From: the human T2T-CHM13v2.0 reference genome, Homo sapiens
Length of the DNA stretch: 64,000 nt
Strand: one strand, 5' to 3'
NCBI RefSeq assembly: GCF_009914755.1
Contig: NC_060928.1
Each line of letters opens with the position of its first letter. The stretch's first letter is position 1. Below the pieces are notes generated by a model. The model saw only the letters and a list, made by a program, of their open reading frames with translations, did no database searches and had not been told where the DNA came from. Position numbers and translations under genes: made by a program. This document shows, piece after piece, positions 26,855 to 46,995 of the stretch.

Positions 26855-27160
26855 ATCATTTTTAATTGACATATAATAGTTGTACATATTTTGGGGGTAC
26901 ATGTGATATTTTGATAACTGCATAAATGTGTAATGATCAAGTCAGGGTAATTGGAATGTCCATCATCTAAAACATTTATCTTTTCTTTGTATTGGGAACA
27001 TTACAATTCTCCTCTTCTAGCTATTTTGAAATATACAATAAATTACTGTTAACTTTAATTTTCCTACTATACTACTGAATACTAGAACTTATTACTGCTA
27101 TCTAATTGTATTTTTGTACTCCTTGGCCAACTTCTCGTCATCCCTCTCTTCCTCCTTGTT
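26855..27160 (-). mobile_element. L1MA 3' end fragment
   Basis: aattgacatataatagttgtacatattttgggggtacatgtgatattttgata. Confidence 0.75.
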
Positions 27161-27395
27161 AATACTTTTTGTATAATTTTGTGTGTGACAAAACCCTTCA
27201 AAGAATGTTACTGTGGAAACCATTCTCTAAATTTAATAGGAAAGTTTCAGAAGACCCATTCAAAGTGGTATATTTCAACTCTTTACCCACACCCAAGCTG
27301 AGACTCAAGACGTGATTCTGTAACAAGCATTTTGGAGTAGAGACGCTTCAGAAAGAAAGCGTTAATTAATTTTATTTGACATCTTTTGGCCACAG

Positions 27396-27528
27396 GTTTC
27401 TTGTCAACTTAGTGAAGCTGAAGCATGAACTCACAGATGAAGAGCTGCAGTCTTTGTTTACAAATTTCGCAAATGTAGTGGATAAGTGCTGCAAAGCAGA
27501 GAGTCCTGAAGTCTGCTTTAATGAAGAG
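27396..27528 (+). CDS. AFM: AFM exon 13 (FLVNLVKLKHELTDEEL...CCKAESPEVCFNEE), 133 nt
   Basis: cacag acceptor, GTAGTT donor. Confidence 0.97.
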
Positions 27529-28658
27529 GTAGTTTTATTTCTTTTCTACTGAAATTCAACTGGTTTTCCTGGTCAAATAAAATAAAACAGAACCCTGTAG
27601 GACACTGCTTCCTCTCTGCAGTGTCTACCAGGACTACATTTGAGAGCACAATTGCTACACAACTAATATGTAGACATCTCTGAAATACACTTTGAGCAGT
27701 GTCTCCTTAGTACAGAAAAAGCTGTCGGAAGACCTGGGTTGTAACCCCAGCAGTCTTGTAAGTCATGCAACTTAAACTGAATGGCAATTAACTATCTTTA
27801 AATGAGGATGGTAATAATTATCCCTGAATTACACCTTTGGTTCTTATTTTTTGGTTTTGAACCACTCATTATCTTAATAAGACAGAGTCAAAGCGACTTG
27901 CAAAGGAAATCATAAACAGCTCCAAATGGAGCAGAGCAGGAAGGGTATTAGAAAGTGAAGTCTTTCAGGAGTGGCTGTCTCACTTTCCCAGGCCTTGTGC
28001 TAACATCCTGCAGTTGAGAATAATGAGGGAGTGGAGGGTAAGGGTAGTCAGGGAGAAAAGGGAGAAATGTCCCTTGCTTGCCCTCGCTCCAGTGAAGGTA
28101 GTCTGTAGCCATTTGCTCTGGTTTGAACCTCAGCAACCTGTGAATGTTAGCCCCAATGGATGGCTCCATGGAAATGCCTGTTCACTGTTTTCCAACTTTA
28201 TTTCTCACTGTTTCTTTTCTAGGAACACTCACTCCACTCCAAACTCACAATTCATGTAAACTCACAGGCAGACAAACTCACACACGTGATTCATTCTGGT
28301 TGTGAGCCATCTACTTTTCTGAGTGACACTTAGTTTGTGGAAATTTTTCTGGGGTACATATTACTAGTTTTTAAAAAATATACCTAATTTTAAGTAAAGG
28401 ATATTAATCAATATCTAGCATTTATCTGAGTGAGTGTGTACATTAGGGCCATGTGAAGGAAAGGATGAATTTTTGGCAGTTGTAAAGAGCCTTTCGGTGT
28501 CTATTTTTTCACTAGAAGAAAGAATGTTTACTGTTTCCCTGTACAACGTGGGAATGATTTAATTTTCTTCAAAATTCAGGAAAACATGCTTATCTAAATT
28601 TAAACTAGTGTCTTAAATTTTTCTTCCTATGTGTTTTTATTTCCATCCCTCACCTCAG

Positions 28659-28679
28659 AGTCCAAAAATTGGCAACTGA
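28659..28679 (+). CDS. AFM: AFM exon 14 coding part (SPKIGN-stop); exon continues as UTR to 28719
   Basis: cctcag acceptor, TGA 28677-28679, donor GTAATA at 28720; brings CDS to exactly 1800 nt. Confidence 0.93.
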   Translation, partial: SPKIGN

Positions 28680-29484
28680 AGCCAGCTGCTGGAGATATGT
28701 AAAGAAAAAAGCACCAAAGGTAATACCCTCTGCCTCATTCAAATGTCAAATGTATTTGTGGCTTATCTGATCTCCTTGCCTTTTCTCCCTCATGCTTCTT
28801 TGTCTATTTCTGGTTCATCCTACATGAACAAGAAATGCACATGTAGCTAACAGACCCCGATATTGTTCCTGTGTTTTTCTGGGTATCAGCCACTCCTTAT
28901 GGGGTGGCAATGCTGCATTTGTGCTTGCCCTTCTCTTGCTGTTCAATCAGTTTTCTAGATAACCAAGAGGCGCTTAAGTCCTCTGCCTTCCTACTCATGT
29001 ATTCAGCTGTCTGGACCACAAAGGAGGGATGATGGAACCTCTGAATGTTGACAGAAAGAAGAGGGGTAACTCCCTGGGGACTGAGGTGGGCAGACAGACC
29101 TCAGTGACCCTTTCCAATAATCTTTTAAGAATATTGCTTTACTGAGATATGATTCACATACAAACCAAGGGTATTGCTACAGCATTTACATGAACAAAAA
29201 GCGATATGTTTGTGATTTCAAAAAGATATATAAAGATGCCCTCCCCTTTGTGGCTTATGTAAGACCTGAAACACAAACTTTAGCAACAAAATGTTGCATA
29301 GATATAGGAGTTATATACAGTGTCAGTGAAGAGAGACCTGGACCTCAACAGAAGGTAGGTTGGGATTTACAAGGGACAAAACACGGTTACCACTAATAGT
29401 TTTTTCAAATACTCGACTTTCTATCACCCAAGTTTCAACATTTCATGTTTTTTTGATGCATGAAATACTATCTTCTCTTTCCAG

Positions 29485-29610
29485 GGAAGGCTTCCTATCT
29501 GTGTGGTGATGAATCGCATTTCCTGAGAACAAAATAAAAGGATTTTTCTGTAACTGTCACCTGAAATAATACATTGCAGCAAGCAATAAACACAACATTT
29601 TGTAAAGTTA
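29485..29610 (+). other. AFM: AFM exon 15 (non-coding 3' UTR)
   Basis: tcttctctttccag acceptor; a purely untranslated 15th exon is the albumin-family pattern. Confidence 0.85.
29533..29590 (+). terminator. AFM: AFM polyadenylation signals AATAAA at 29533-29538 and 29585-29590
   Basis: two canonical hexamers in exon 15, T-rich tract after ~29610. Confidence 0.75.
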
Positions 29611-30059
29611 TTTTTCAGACCGATGTCATAAATCAACCTAATCACAAAATCAAGCAATCATGATTCATTCATTCCATCAGCATCTTTTGCTCACATGGCT
29701 GCACCATTCCCTATCCATGAAAGATGGAAGTCTGAATAGCAGCTGGGTAGGCACAGTGCTCTAAGATGTCCTTGAAACTACCAGAAAGAAAACTGAGAAT
29801 TTTGGGCATGAAACTTTACTGCTACAACTACTGCTACTACTAGTAGATGACATTGAATGTTTTCAATGTACCAAACATTGTTCTAGCTAGTTTTCATGCA
29901 TTATTTCATTTAATCTAATAACTCTATGGGTAGGTATTATTTTCATTTACATTTTACAAACAGGAAATCTAAGGCTTGGGGAGATAAACTAATGTGTTCA
30001 GTGTGATATCACTAGTAATTGGCAGAACCAGGGTTTGAATTTAGGTTCTCTAATTCTGG

Positions 30060-30505
30060 AACTATATATAAATGTATATAACATATATATTATATATTAT
30101 GTAATAATAATGTTATATATTATATATAATACTGTATAATATATTACATTACTGTAACATATTATAAAATATATAATATATAATATAATATATACTTCCA
30201 GAATTTTATATATATTATATATTTTATAATTTCAACTTTTATTTTAGATATAGGGGGTTCATGTACAGGTTTGTTACATGTGTATATTGCATGGTGCTGT
30301 GGTTTGGTGTATGGATCTCATCACCCAAGTAGCGAGCATAGTACCCAGTAGTTAGTTTTTCAACCCACACCCCTCTCCCTCCCACCCCTCTGTAGTAGTC
30401 CCCAGTATCTATCGTTCCTGTCTTTATGTCCATGTACTCAATGTTTAGCTCCCACGGTATTTGGTTTGAAGTTTGAAGTTGGGTAATGTGATGCCTCCAG
30501 CTTTG
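30060..30505 (-). mobile_element. L1P 3' end fragment with AT-rich (TA)n tail (30060-30235), next to a MIR (~29820-30060)
   Basis: ttttagatatagggggttcatgtacaggtttgttacatg...catagtacccagtagttagtttttcaaccc. Confidence 0.75.
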
Positions 30506-33500
30506 TGGAACAATATTGTTAACCATTGCATACACTACCTCTTAGGTATGGCCATGTTGCATGCCTTACAAAATCTGTTATTCAGAGAGGTGGAATGATT
30601 GTACAAGGCAACAATGACAGTGGTGGTTCTCGCCCTCCATTCCAAGCCAGAATTGCTGTTGTGTTAGTGATATAAATGCTTGATATTGATATCAAAGGAG
30701 AAGTAACTCAGGAAATGAAGACTGGTTATGGACTCATGGCCTGGCTTTCCTGGTGGTTCTCTAAACTTTGAAGATTTTTGTATGCCAATGTTTACATTTG
30801 AAGATGTTGGCCATTTAATAGATAATACATGAGGCTATTCATAGAGTTCTTTTGGTAGAGTGTTTAGAGCATAGTCTTTGGGATTCTCATTGATTTATTC
30901 AACAAGTATTTATTAGAATTCTATTGTGTGTCAGACATTGTGGATACAAATATGAGACAGAATTGGTTCCTGTTTCTTGCTAAGCAGGGGAGAGGGACAG
31001 TAAACATGCAATCACGTTTCAATGTCATACGTGCAGGGTCCAGGCACTCACTCTAAGCTGAAGGTGCAGAGTGAGAAAGGGATGGCAGCGGGTGCTTTAT
31101 ATCCCTACTGCCATTAATTTACTGTACAGCCCCAGATAAGTTCCTTATACTCTATGACATCAATTTCTTTGTGTAGGATGGGCTAATATCAAGTCACAAA
31201 GGCTTTAGAGAAAAGAATTAAATTACTATATAAAGTACTTAATACATTGGCCAGCAGATAACAGGTGTGTAAGTCATAAAGTTATTTTGTCCTCTAACCA
31301 CTTTCTCCAAGCACTCTCATTTACCAATGAGGATAAGAAGGAAGTATTGCTTTACTTAAACAATAGATAGTAGATTTAGAAAACGGAAGTGAAACAAAGC
31401 ATAATTAGTGAACTTAATTTTATACTGGATTCTGCTATGTATTCAATACTGTGCTAAGAGAAGCAGATACAAAATCAGGGACCCAGGCACTTGCCGCCAT
31501 CATAAAGTTTCTATCATGGCAATGGAAACTGCCATACAACTCTTTCTCTACTGCCATGCCAGAACACACATTGATCAAAGCAGGAAAGGAGGGAGAAGAA
31601 TGGCTTCTGCAAAAGACACAGTTGCCTGAAAAGGAGGAGATTTGGAGTGGGCACGAATTAGTCTTACTCTGTATTACTTGGACAGAACTCATACCAATGA
31701 ATAGAACATATCTGGTTTGATGCAGAAAAAAATTTTCTAACACTAGAGATGCTTATACATGTGATAAGCCTCCTGCTGCAATACTCAATGCCAAGACTGC
31801 ATGTGTGTGAGCAGCTACCACCTGGGTTTTTGGTGGCATCCAGTCATGGTCTTTCTAAGGCCTCTTTGAACTCTATTTCTATGACCTGGGCAAGAATTAA
31901 GTTTTCTATGAAAATAGTATTTATTAAACATCATCACTGCATCTTGTACTTGCATACCTTCCATATTTTATCTTAAAGGCTAGCCTGAAGAGCTTATTTT
32001 CTTCTAGAGCCAATTCTGTGCTGGTGTCTATTGATTGATATCACAAAACCTATCTCATTGCCTTTACTTAAATAATCCTTGCTACTTTTCTTTCCTGTGG
32101 TCTGGAATTCTACCACTAGTTACTGATAAGGATTTAACATTTTAAATGTTGTCAAGAATCTCTTATTAATTGCAAATGTCTCTGAAGAAGGGTTCCCAAG
32201 GAATGTTAATTTTGGTCAGTTACTTTTTAAGGAGGAATTAGCTTAGCACACATAACAGTTGTTAAAAAATTTTTAGTGTTAACTCCAATCAACTGATAGT
32301 GGCTGTCCTGCAGCTTTGTGCTGTGAGTGTTTCTAAGACTGAGCATAAGCTCAGAGAGAAAGAGTGCAGTGATCAGATAGCAGTGTCTGCGGTGGGTAAC
32401 AGTCTTGGAGCATTCTTCCAAAGGATTTGACAAAAGATTGGACTTAGTTTAATAGGTACATTTTTGATAGTTCTAAGAAGTTTAGAGTAAGATTTCAAGG
32501 GAACAGCACTAAGGATACATGACAAAAGAGACAATGAATGTTAAGACTGTTTAGAGGACCTCAAAATGGATGATGGAGACCTGCCAAAGATAGTCTTCCC
32601 CTTGCTGACCTTGGTGGGCTCTCTAGCATCCTTCATATTCTTTACGACAAGCCTATGTGTCCCAAAACTAAATAATGACAGATGTTTTGGGGTTGTTTTT
32701 CAGGCAAATATGTCTCTCTCACTTGTGATATATTTTTGCTTAGAAAAATGGTATTGAGAATATGTGAGTAGCAGAATTAAGTAAGATACTGTCAGCCTTA
32801 GAGCTTATTTGATCCAAACCTTCCATTTAAAAATGAGGAAATTGAGAAGAGAATAAAGTAATAACCCATGATCTCCCATTTTCAAAATTTTAGACTTTAC
32901 ATGTATAGACATCTTACAATTGTTATTTAGTAACTAATTACCTGTTTGCTTCCTTAGACCCAAGAATTGGTTGATAGGCAAAGCAGACAATAGCTGAGGG
33001 ATATTGGTGTCTCAGCCTTAACACTAGCTCTTGGATGTGTGGGCTGTAAAGTCAGACAGACATGAATTTTTACCTGTGAGTCTATGAACAAATTACTTGA
33101 CTCTGAGTCTTAATTTCTCATTCAAGACATACTAATATTGCTAACTATCTGAGAGTCATATAAAGTGACCATAGTAAGTGTTTGATAAATTAGGTCCCAT
33201 TCTTTTAGGTTCACTCCCAATGCTTGTACAGCTCCTAACTCCCCTTCTCCCCAGGGACTTGAAAATGTACCCAGCATTAGAACCTGAGCCCTGACCATTT
33301 AGTCAATCTGTGGTAGTATATGTTTATCTTCTTCCCTTCCACTTTAGAACTTTGGACATGTCAACAATCATTTCTAAGAAATGAGGTATTGCAGACCAAC
33401 ATTTGCCAAGAGTGTTTATGGATTACTTAATTATAAAGTTTGCATGTTGAAATCTTAAAGAAACAAGCAGATTGACATGACTTGTTTAAAAATGCAGTAT

Positions 33501-33603
33501 TCATTAATGAATTCAATCCATCAGCAATATTTCTTCATTGTCATAGATTTCCTCAGTTTTATCAGGGCCATAGTTGCTTGGAAAAAATATTCACCAGAAA
33601 AAG

Positions 33604-33642
33604 GTTTCTTTTTAATAGTAATTACTTGGAAAGAATATAAAG
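33604..33642 (+). promoter_or_regulatory. Promoter remnant of albumin-family pseudogene: degenerate HNF1-type site 33604-33616 and TATAAA 33636-33641
   Basis: GTTTCTTTTTAAT 32 bp before TATAAA and ATG 61 bp after it, both spacings identical to the AFM promoter in this window. Confidence 0.7.
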
Positions 33643-33696
33643 TTCTTCATTTCTCTCAAATGATAGAACACTTTCCATAAAGGTTCTCACGAAGTA

Positions 33697-33781
33697 ATGA
33701 AGACTGCTAAACCCACATCTTTTCTTGTTTTCTTCAGCTGCATTAAATGTCAATCTCGTTAGAGAAGTTTACTAGATGCGG
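33697..33781 (+). pseudogene. Pseudo-exon 1 coding part: MKTAKPTSFLVFFSCIKCQSR*RSLLDA-G, 85 nt
   Basis: signal-peptide-like, phase-1 end, TAG at 33760-33762, weak donor GTGGAA at 33782. Confidence 0.75.
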
Positions 33782-34171
33782 GTGGAAAATCCTATTTACA
33801 ATTTACATATTCCAGGTATAAGGATAAGATAAGTAAGCCACAATGACTACTACAGTGTACATGAGAAGGCTTATCTTTTTCAGAGGTCATTACTGTAAAT
33901 AGAATCATTGAAAATTGCAAGACATTAATTTGTGGAATGAATATACAGAGAGAGCTGATATATTGAAGCAACACACACAGGAATATTCCACTTTAGCCTC
34001 ACTTCCACTCTAGGTAAGAGAATGTTCTATTTTAAACTTACGTTTAGAATTGGATAAGCAGTTTTAGACAAAGCAATACTTTGAATAATAGCAGAAATAA
34101 TATTATGAGCTAAATTATTCAGTACCTGTTATGTGCCAGGCCCTGTGCTCAGTACTTCACACATATGCTTT

Positions 34172-34495
34172 CTTATTTTGTTTTCTTATTTTTAAATTTT
34201 ATTTTTAGAAACAGGGTCTTGCTCTGTTATCCAGGCTAGAATGCAGTGGTATGATCATTCATACCACCTTGACGTCCTGGGCTCAAGTGATCCTCCTGCC
34301 TTAACCTCCTGAGTAGGTAGGACTACAGCGGCCTAACCCTGTACCTGAGTAGTTTTTCATTTTTTTGTAGAGATGAGGTCTAACTATATTGCCCAGGCTG
34401 GTCTGAAACTCCTGGCCTCAAGTCTTGGCATCCTGGCCTCCTGCATTGGCACCCTAAAGTGCCGGGATTACAGGCATGAGTCATCATGCCCAGCC
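34172..34495 (-). mobile_element. Alu (AluJ-like) inserted in a MIR (~34090-34650)
   Basis: gaaacagggtcttgctctg...tcatgcccagcc; TSD atatgctttc. Confidence 0.85.
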
Positions 34496-34736
34496 CATAT
34501 ATGCTTTCATGTAATCTTAACTACCACCCAATATAGTAGAACTTATTTAAATTTTATTGCCAGAGAAACAGAAACTCAGAGAACTTAAGTTATTTTCCCA
34601 AGACCATAGTAAGTACCAGAGCTAGAAGTTGAACTCAGAATAGCTGTTTCTGAAACCTTTTCTTATTTTAATATAGTAAATGATAATGGTTTGTTTATTT
34701 AACAACTGCTAAGCTCTTTGGGAGCTATTATTATAG

Positions 34737-34782
34737 GAAAAATGACACTGTTATCAATAGAGAACATATGCATGTGATTTTG
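34737..34782 (+). pseudogene. Candidate pseudo-exon 2, 46 nt
   Basis: ttatag acceptor, GTGAGT donor (same as AFM exon 2), length 3n+1 as required; expected frame contains TGA; protein similarity weak. Confidence 0.45.
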
Positions 34783-35204
34783 GTGAGTGGAGATGATGAA
34801 GAAGATGGAGGTGATCCAAGATGTGTGAAACACCGACTTTGCCGAATTAAGCCTGGCAAGGTATTAATGTTTATACTTTTATATCCAATGCTAAACCTTA
34901 ATTTTCGGTGTGCTAGTAACTTCTAATATAAAGAGTTAAATAACTGAAATATTAAGTTTAATTCAGAAGTGTTAACAGAAGTACATGCAGCTTATTTGTA
35001 GAACAATGATAGATTTCACCTACACAACATATTTGAATATAAGTCATTCACAGAATACAGTTTAAATACAAGTGAAGACATATTCCGAGAATTTGCTTAA
35101 CTTACAGTAAATAAAAATACATCTAGAAATTTATGAGAGAACAAATATAGGTTGTAGAATTGTAAAGAGGGATTTCAATTTGGAAAATTTTCTTTTATGC
35201 AAAT

Positions 35205-35595
35205 ATCTCACTCCATCTGAATTCTATAACAAAATACCATAAACTGGATAGCTTTTAAACAACAAAAATTTATTTTTCACAGCTCTGGAGGCTGGGACCT
35301 CCAAGATCAAGGCACTGGCAGATTTGGTATCTGGTAAGCATCCTTATATTCGGAATCTGGGATGGCTCTACATTCTGGTCCATAGAAGGTGCCTACTGAG
35401 GTGTCTTAACATGGTGAAAAAAGTAAACCAGCTCCCTTGGGCTTCTTTTATAAGGGCAATAGTTGCAGTCATGAAGACTCCAACCTCATCACCTAATCAC
35501 CTCCCCAAAGGCACCACCTACTAACACTATCACCTTGGGGTTAGATTTTCAATGTATGAATTTTAGGGGACACAAGCATTCAGGCAGCACAGCAG
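35205..35595 (-). mobile_element. MLT1A/MST-type LTR
   Basis: ataacaaaataccataaactgg...ctggaggctgggacctccaagatcaaggcactggcagatttgg...ggggacacaagcattcag. Confidence 0.75.
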
Positions 35596-35810
35596 CAAAT
35601 AAAATCTCATTTATTCAGCCATACAGTATATTAATAGCCAGAATTACCCGGGCAGAATGTAAGAGACATGTGAGTTTTATTATCACTATTGTTTTGTCTG
35701 AAATTTGAAATAACATTAATTGTTTTTGGAGGGAATGGAGCAATGATATAACAAAAAACAATGGAAGAAAAGGGCTTGAGGCTATCTTTAACATAAATAT
35801 TATGTTTCAG

Positions 35811-35951
35811 CTCCAACATTATGGTTGCTCAGTTTCTTCAGAAAGCAACTCATGGAGAAGTACAAACCACAGTTAGAAAGTTGAGAGATTTCAATGAGAA
35901 GCACAGGACCTTTAAGTCACATGGTTACCTTCAGAATGCACTCACCAATTG
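35811..35951 (+). pseudogene. Pseudo-exon 3: SNIMVAQFLQKATHGEVQTTVRKL...(fs)PSECTHQL, 141 nt
   Basis: tttcag acceptor, GTAGGT donor; aligns to AFM exon 3 TIIAFAQYVQEATFEE...LPECSKLP; one frameshift near 35925. Confidence 0.85.
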
Positions 35952-36105
35952 GTAGGTGAATTATGTTCTCCCGTTTTCTCTTTTTAAACTCTATTGCAAC
36001 CAAAAGATGTTTTTATGAAGGGGCTTGAATAATTAGGCAAGGGCTTATAAGACAAAGATATGTAGATGAGTCATATCCTAGATGTATTTGTTGTAGGTTT
36101 ATAAA

Positions 36106-36370
36106 CTTTTTTTTTTGAGTTATGGTATTGCTGGTAATGCAATCATGGCTCTTGACAGCCTCCAATTCCTGACTCAAGCAATCCTCCTGCCTCAGCCTCC
36201 CAAGTAGCTAGGACTACAGGTGTCCACTGCCATACCCGACTTTTATTTTTTTTTTACAGATGGGATCTTGCTATGTTGCCCAGGTTGGTCCCAAACTCCT
36301 GTCCCCAGGCAATCCTTCTGCCTCAGCATCCTGAGTTGCTAGGATTACAGGTGTGAACAACCACACCTGA
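36106..36370 (-). mobile_element. Alu (AluJ-like, degenerate)
   Basis: poly(T), gcaatcatggctc...ctcaagcaatcctcctgcctcagcctcccaagtagctagg. Confidence 0.85.
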
Positions 36371-36935
36371 ATCTAAACCTACATTTTATCAGTTCATTCC
36401 TAGGACACCAGGATCTGAGAACCAACACTCAAGAAAATGAATTATAACCTAGAATACTAATTGGTTGATTTACATTGGTTACATTTGGTTACACAGAATT
36501 TACATTTTGTGCCTCTGTCACAGAATGCTATTGTCTGACATTCTCATATAATGAATCCTGGGAAACTGAAGTATTAATTTTAAAAATTTTCTGAGAAAAT
36601 ATGAAAAAGAAAAAAAACAGTAAATATATGATGGGATCCTTTTCCCAGTAAGTAGAAAATCTTTGGCGTTATTATTGCCTCATTATAAAATGTATCTATT
36701 TTGTGATTAGCAAATCCCATGAAAATAGTGATTCTACTTGAAAATTCTTGATAAATACTGACCTATTCTTATAATCCACATATTTTTTGGATCCATTATC
36801 CTCATGCTAAATAATTTAAAATGTAAATGAATGATTTTATTCTTTGTTTATAGATTTTTAAACTTCATCTTCTTGGGGCTAAATCCTACCTATCTTTTAT
36901 TAGACTCTGAGTAGACATAGAAAAATCATGTCTCA

Positions 36936-37229
36936 CTGGGTGCGGTGGCTCACGCCGGCAATTCCAGCACTTTGGGAGGCTGAGGTGGGCGGATCACCTG
37001 AGGTTGGGAGTTTGAGACCGGCCTGACCAACATGAAGAAACCCTGTCTCTACAAAAAAAAAAAAGAAAAAATTAGCCGGGCGTGGTGGCGCATGCCTGTA
37101 ATCCCAGCTACTCAGAAGGCTGAGGAGGGAGAATCGCTTGAACCCGGGAAGGCAGAGGTTGCGGTAAGCTGAGATTGTGCCACTGCACTCCAGCCCGGGC
37201 AATAAGAGCAAAATTCCACCTCAAAAAAA
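36936..37229 (+). mobile_element. Alu (AluSp/Sq-like) with 15-bp TSD
   Basis: TSD aaaaatcatgtctca at 36921-36935 and 37230-37244. Confidence 0.95.
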
Positions 37230-39601
37230 AAAAATCATGTCTCATTAGAAACACATTTCAAATGAAGCACTTCTGCCTTTGACTAGTCCTACTTATTTTA
37301 TAGTAATTCTGACTTGCTTCTGCTTCAAAAGATGATGATTGTTTGCCCTTACCCTCTAAATCTGAAAACACATGCCATCTGAGGTTTACAGAATCTCATA
37401 TATTTACTGCTACTGAAAGATATTTGAAAACTAACTGAATTATTAAATTTTCATTTGGATATTTGACACTGAATACGCATTGTCTCAGAGTTCAATTCTT
37501 AAGGCAAGTTCTCACAGAAACCAAACAAAAAATAGGAAATAAGGAAAGCAAACTATTGTATATCTCTTTTCAAAATTTTTTAATTCTTATGGGTACATAG
37601 TAGGTGTATATGTTTATGAGTTACATGACATATTTTGATACAGGCATGCAATGCACAATAATCGCATCAGGGCAAATGGGGTATCCATAACCTCATGCAT
37701 TTATCCTTTGAGTTTCAAACAATCAGATTATAAATTTTTAGCTAATTTAAATGCATAGTTTTTTTTAAAATTATAGTCACGCTGTAGTGCTAGCAAATAC
37801 TGGGTCTTATTCTTTCCAACTATTTCTTGGTATATATTAATCATCTCCACTTCCTGCCCCCTCCCACCCTCACTATTCCTCCCAGCCTCTGGCATGGCAA
37901 CCATCCCTCTACTCTCTATCTCCTCTCTATCTCCATGAATTCAATTGTTTAATTTTTAGCTCCCAGAGATAAATGAGAACATGCAATGTTTGTCTTTCTG
38001 TGCTTGGCTTATTTCACTTAACATACTGATCTCCAGTTCCATCTGTGTTGTTGCAAATGACTGGATCTCATTCTTTATTAAGGCTAACTAGTACTCAATT
38101 GTGTATACGTACCACATTTTCTTTATCCATTCATATGTTGATGGACACTTAGGTTTCTTCCAAATCTTGCCTACTAATAGTGCTGCACTAAACATGAGAG
38201 TGCAAATGTCTCTTCAATATTCTGATTTCCTTTCTTTTGGGTATATAACTAGCAATGGGATAGCTGGATCCTATAGTAGCTCTATTTTTACTTTTTTGAG
38301 GAAGCTCCAAATTGTTCTCCATAGTGGTTATACTAATTTAAATTCCCACCAACAGTGTACAAGGATTCCCCTTTCTCCATTTCATCACCAGCATTTGTTA
38401 TTGCCTGTCTGTTGGATAAAAGCCATTTAAACTGAAGTGAGATTATGTCTCATTGTAATTTTGATTTTCATTTCTCTGATGATCAGTGACATTGAGCATC
38501 TTTTCCTATACCTGTTTGCCATTTGTGTGTCTTCTTTTGAGAAATGTCTATTCAGATCTTTTGCCAATTTTAAATCAGATTGTTAGATTTTTCCCAATAG
38601 AGTTGTTTGAGCTTATTACATATTCTGGTTATTAATCCCTTGTCAGATGGGTAGTTTGCAAATATTTTCTGCCGTTCTGTGGGTTGTCTCTTCACTTTGT
38701 TGATTGTTTCTTTGCCGTGAGGAAGCTTTTTAATTTGAAGTGATCCCATTTGTCCATTTTTGCTTTGGTTACCTGTGGTTGTGAGGTATTAGTCAAGAAA
38801 TCTTTACCCACTCCAATGTTCTGAAGAGATTACTCACTTTTTTCTTGTAGTAGTTTCATAGCTTGAAGTCTTAGATTTAAATATTTAATCCATTTTAAAT
38901 TGATTTTTGTATTTTGCCATAGCTAGGAGGTCTAGTGTCATTCTTCTGCATATGGATGTTTAATTTTCCCATTTATTGAAGAGACTGTCCTTTCCCCAGT
39001 GTATGTTCTTGGCACCTTTGTCAAAAATGAGTTCAGTGTAAAGTATGGATTCATTTCTGGGTTCTCTATTCTGTTTCACTGGTCTATATGTCATAGACCA
39101 TACACCAGTTATGCAGGTATCATGTCATTTTTGTTACTATATCTCTGTAGTATAATTTGAAGACAGGTAATGTGATTCCTCCAGCTTTGTTCTTTTTGGC
39201 CAGCATAACTTTGGCTACTATGGGTCTTTTGTGGTCCCATGTAAATTTTAGGATTCTTATTTCTGTTTCATTGTAAAGATCTCTCATTTTTTTCAGTTAA
39301 TTCCTAGGTATTTTATTTTATGTATAAAATATTTATTGCCATATAGTTCTTTCCTGTCTTCCTTCTAGTGAAGGTGATTTTCTCTGGTGGTATGATTTAA
39401 TTCCTTGCTTTTAATTTTTTGTTTATCTGCTACATGTTTTTTGACCTGAGGTTACCATGAGGCTTGCAAATACTTTCTTATAATCCATTATTTTAGGCTG
39501 ACGATAACTTAACACTGATTCAATAAACAAATGAACAAACAAGCAAAAAGAAACCTAATAAAAACTACACCTTAACTTGTCTCTCCACTTCTTAACTTTT
39601 T

Positions 39602-46995
<7,394 letters not shown>

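Noticed and set aside
28677-29538. Stop-codon read-through extension of afamin (frame stays open across the exon 14-15 junction to a TAA near 29536)
   Set aside because: TGA-A context is not the leaky TGA-CTAG motif; an open stretch of ~30 codons is unremarkable
31408-31976. Overlapping ORFs between AFM and the pseudogene as a candidate first exon or small gene
   Set aside because: No signal peptide, splice signals or promoter geometry; 33697 fits exon 1 far better
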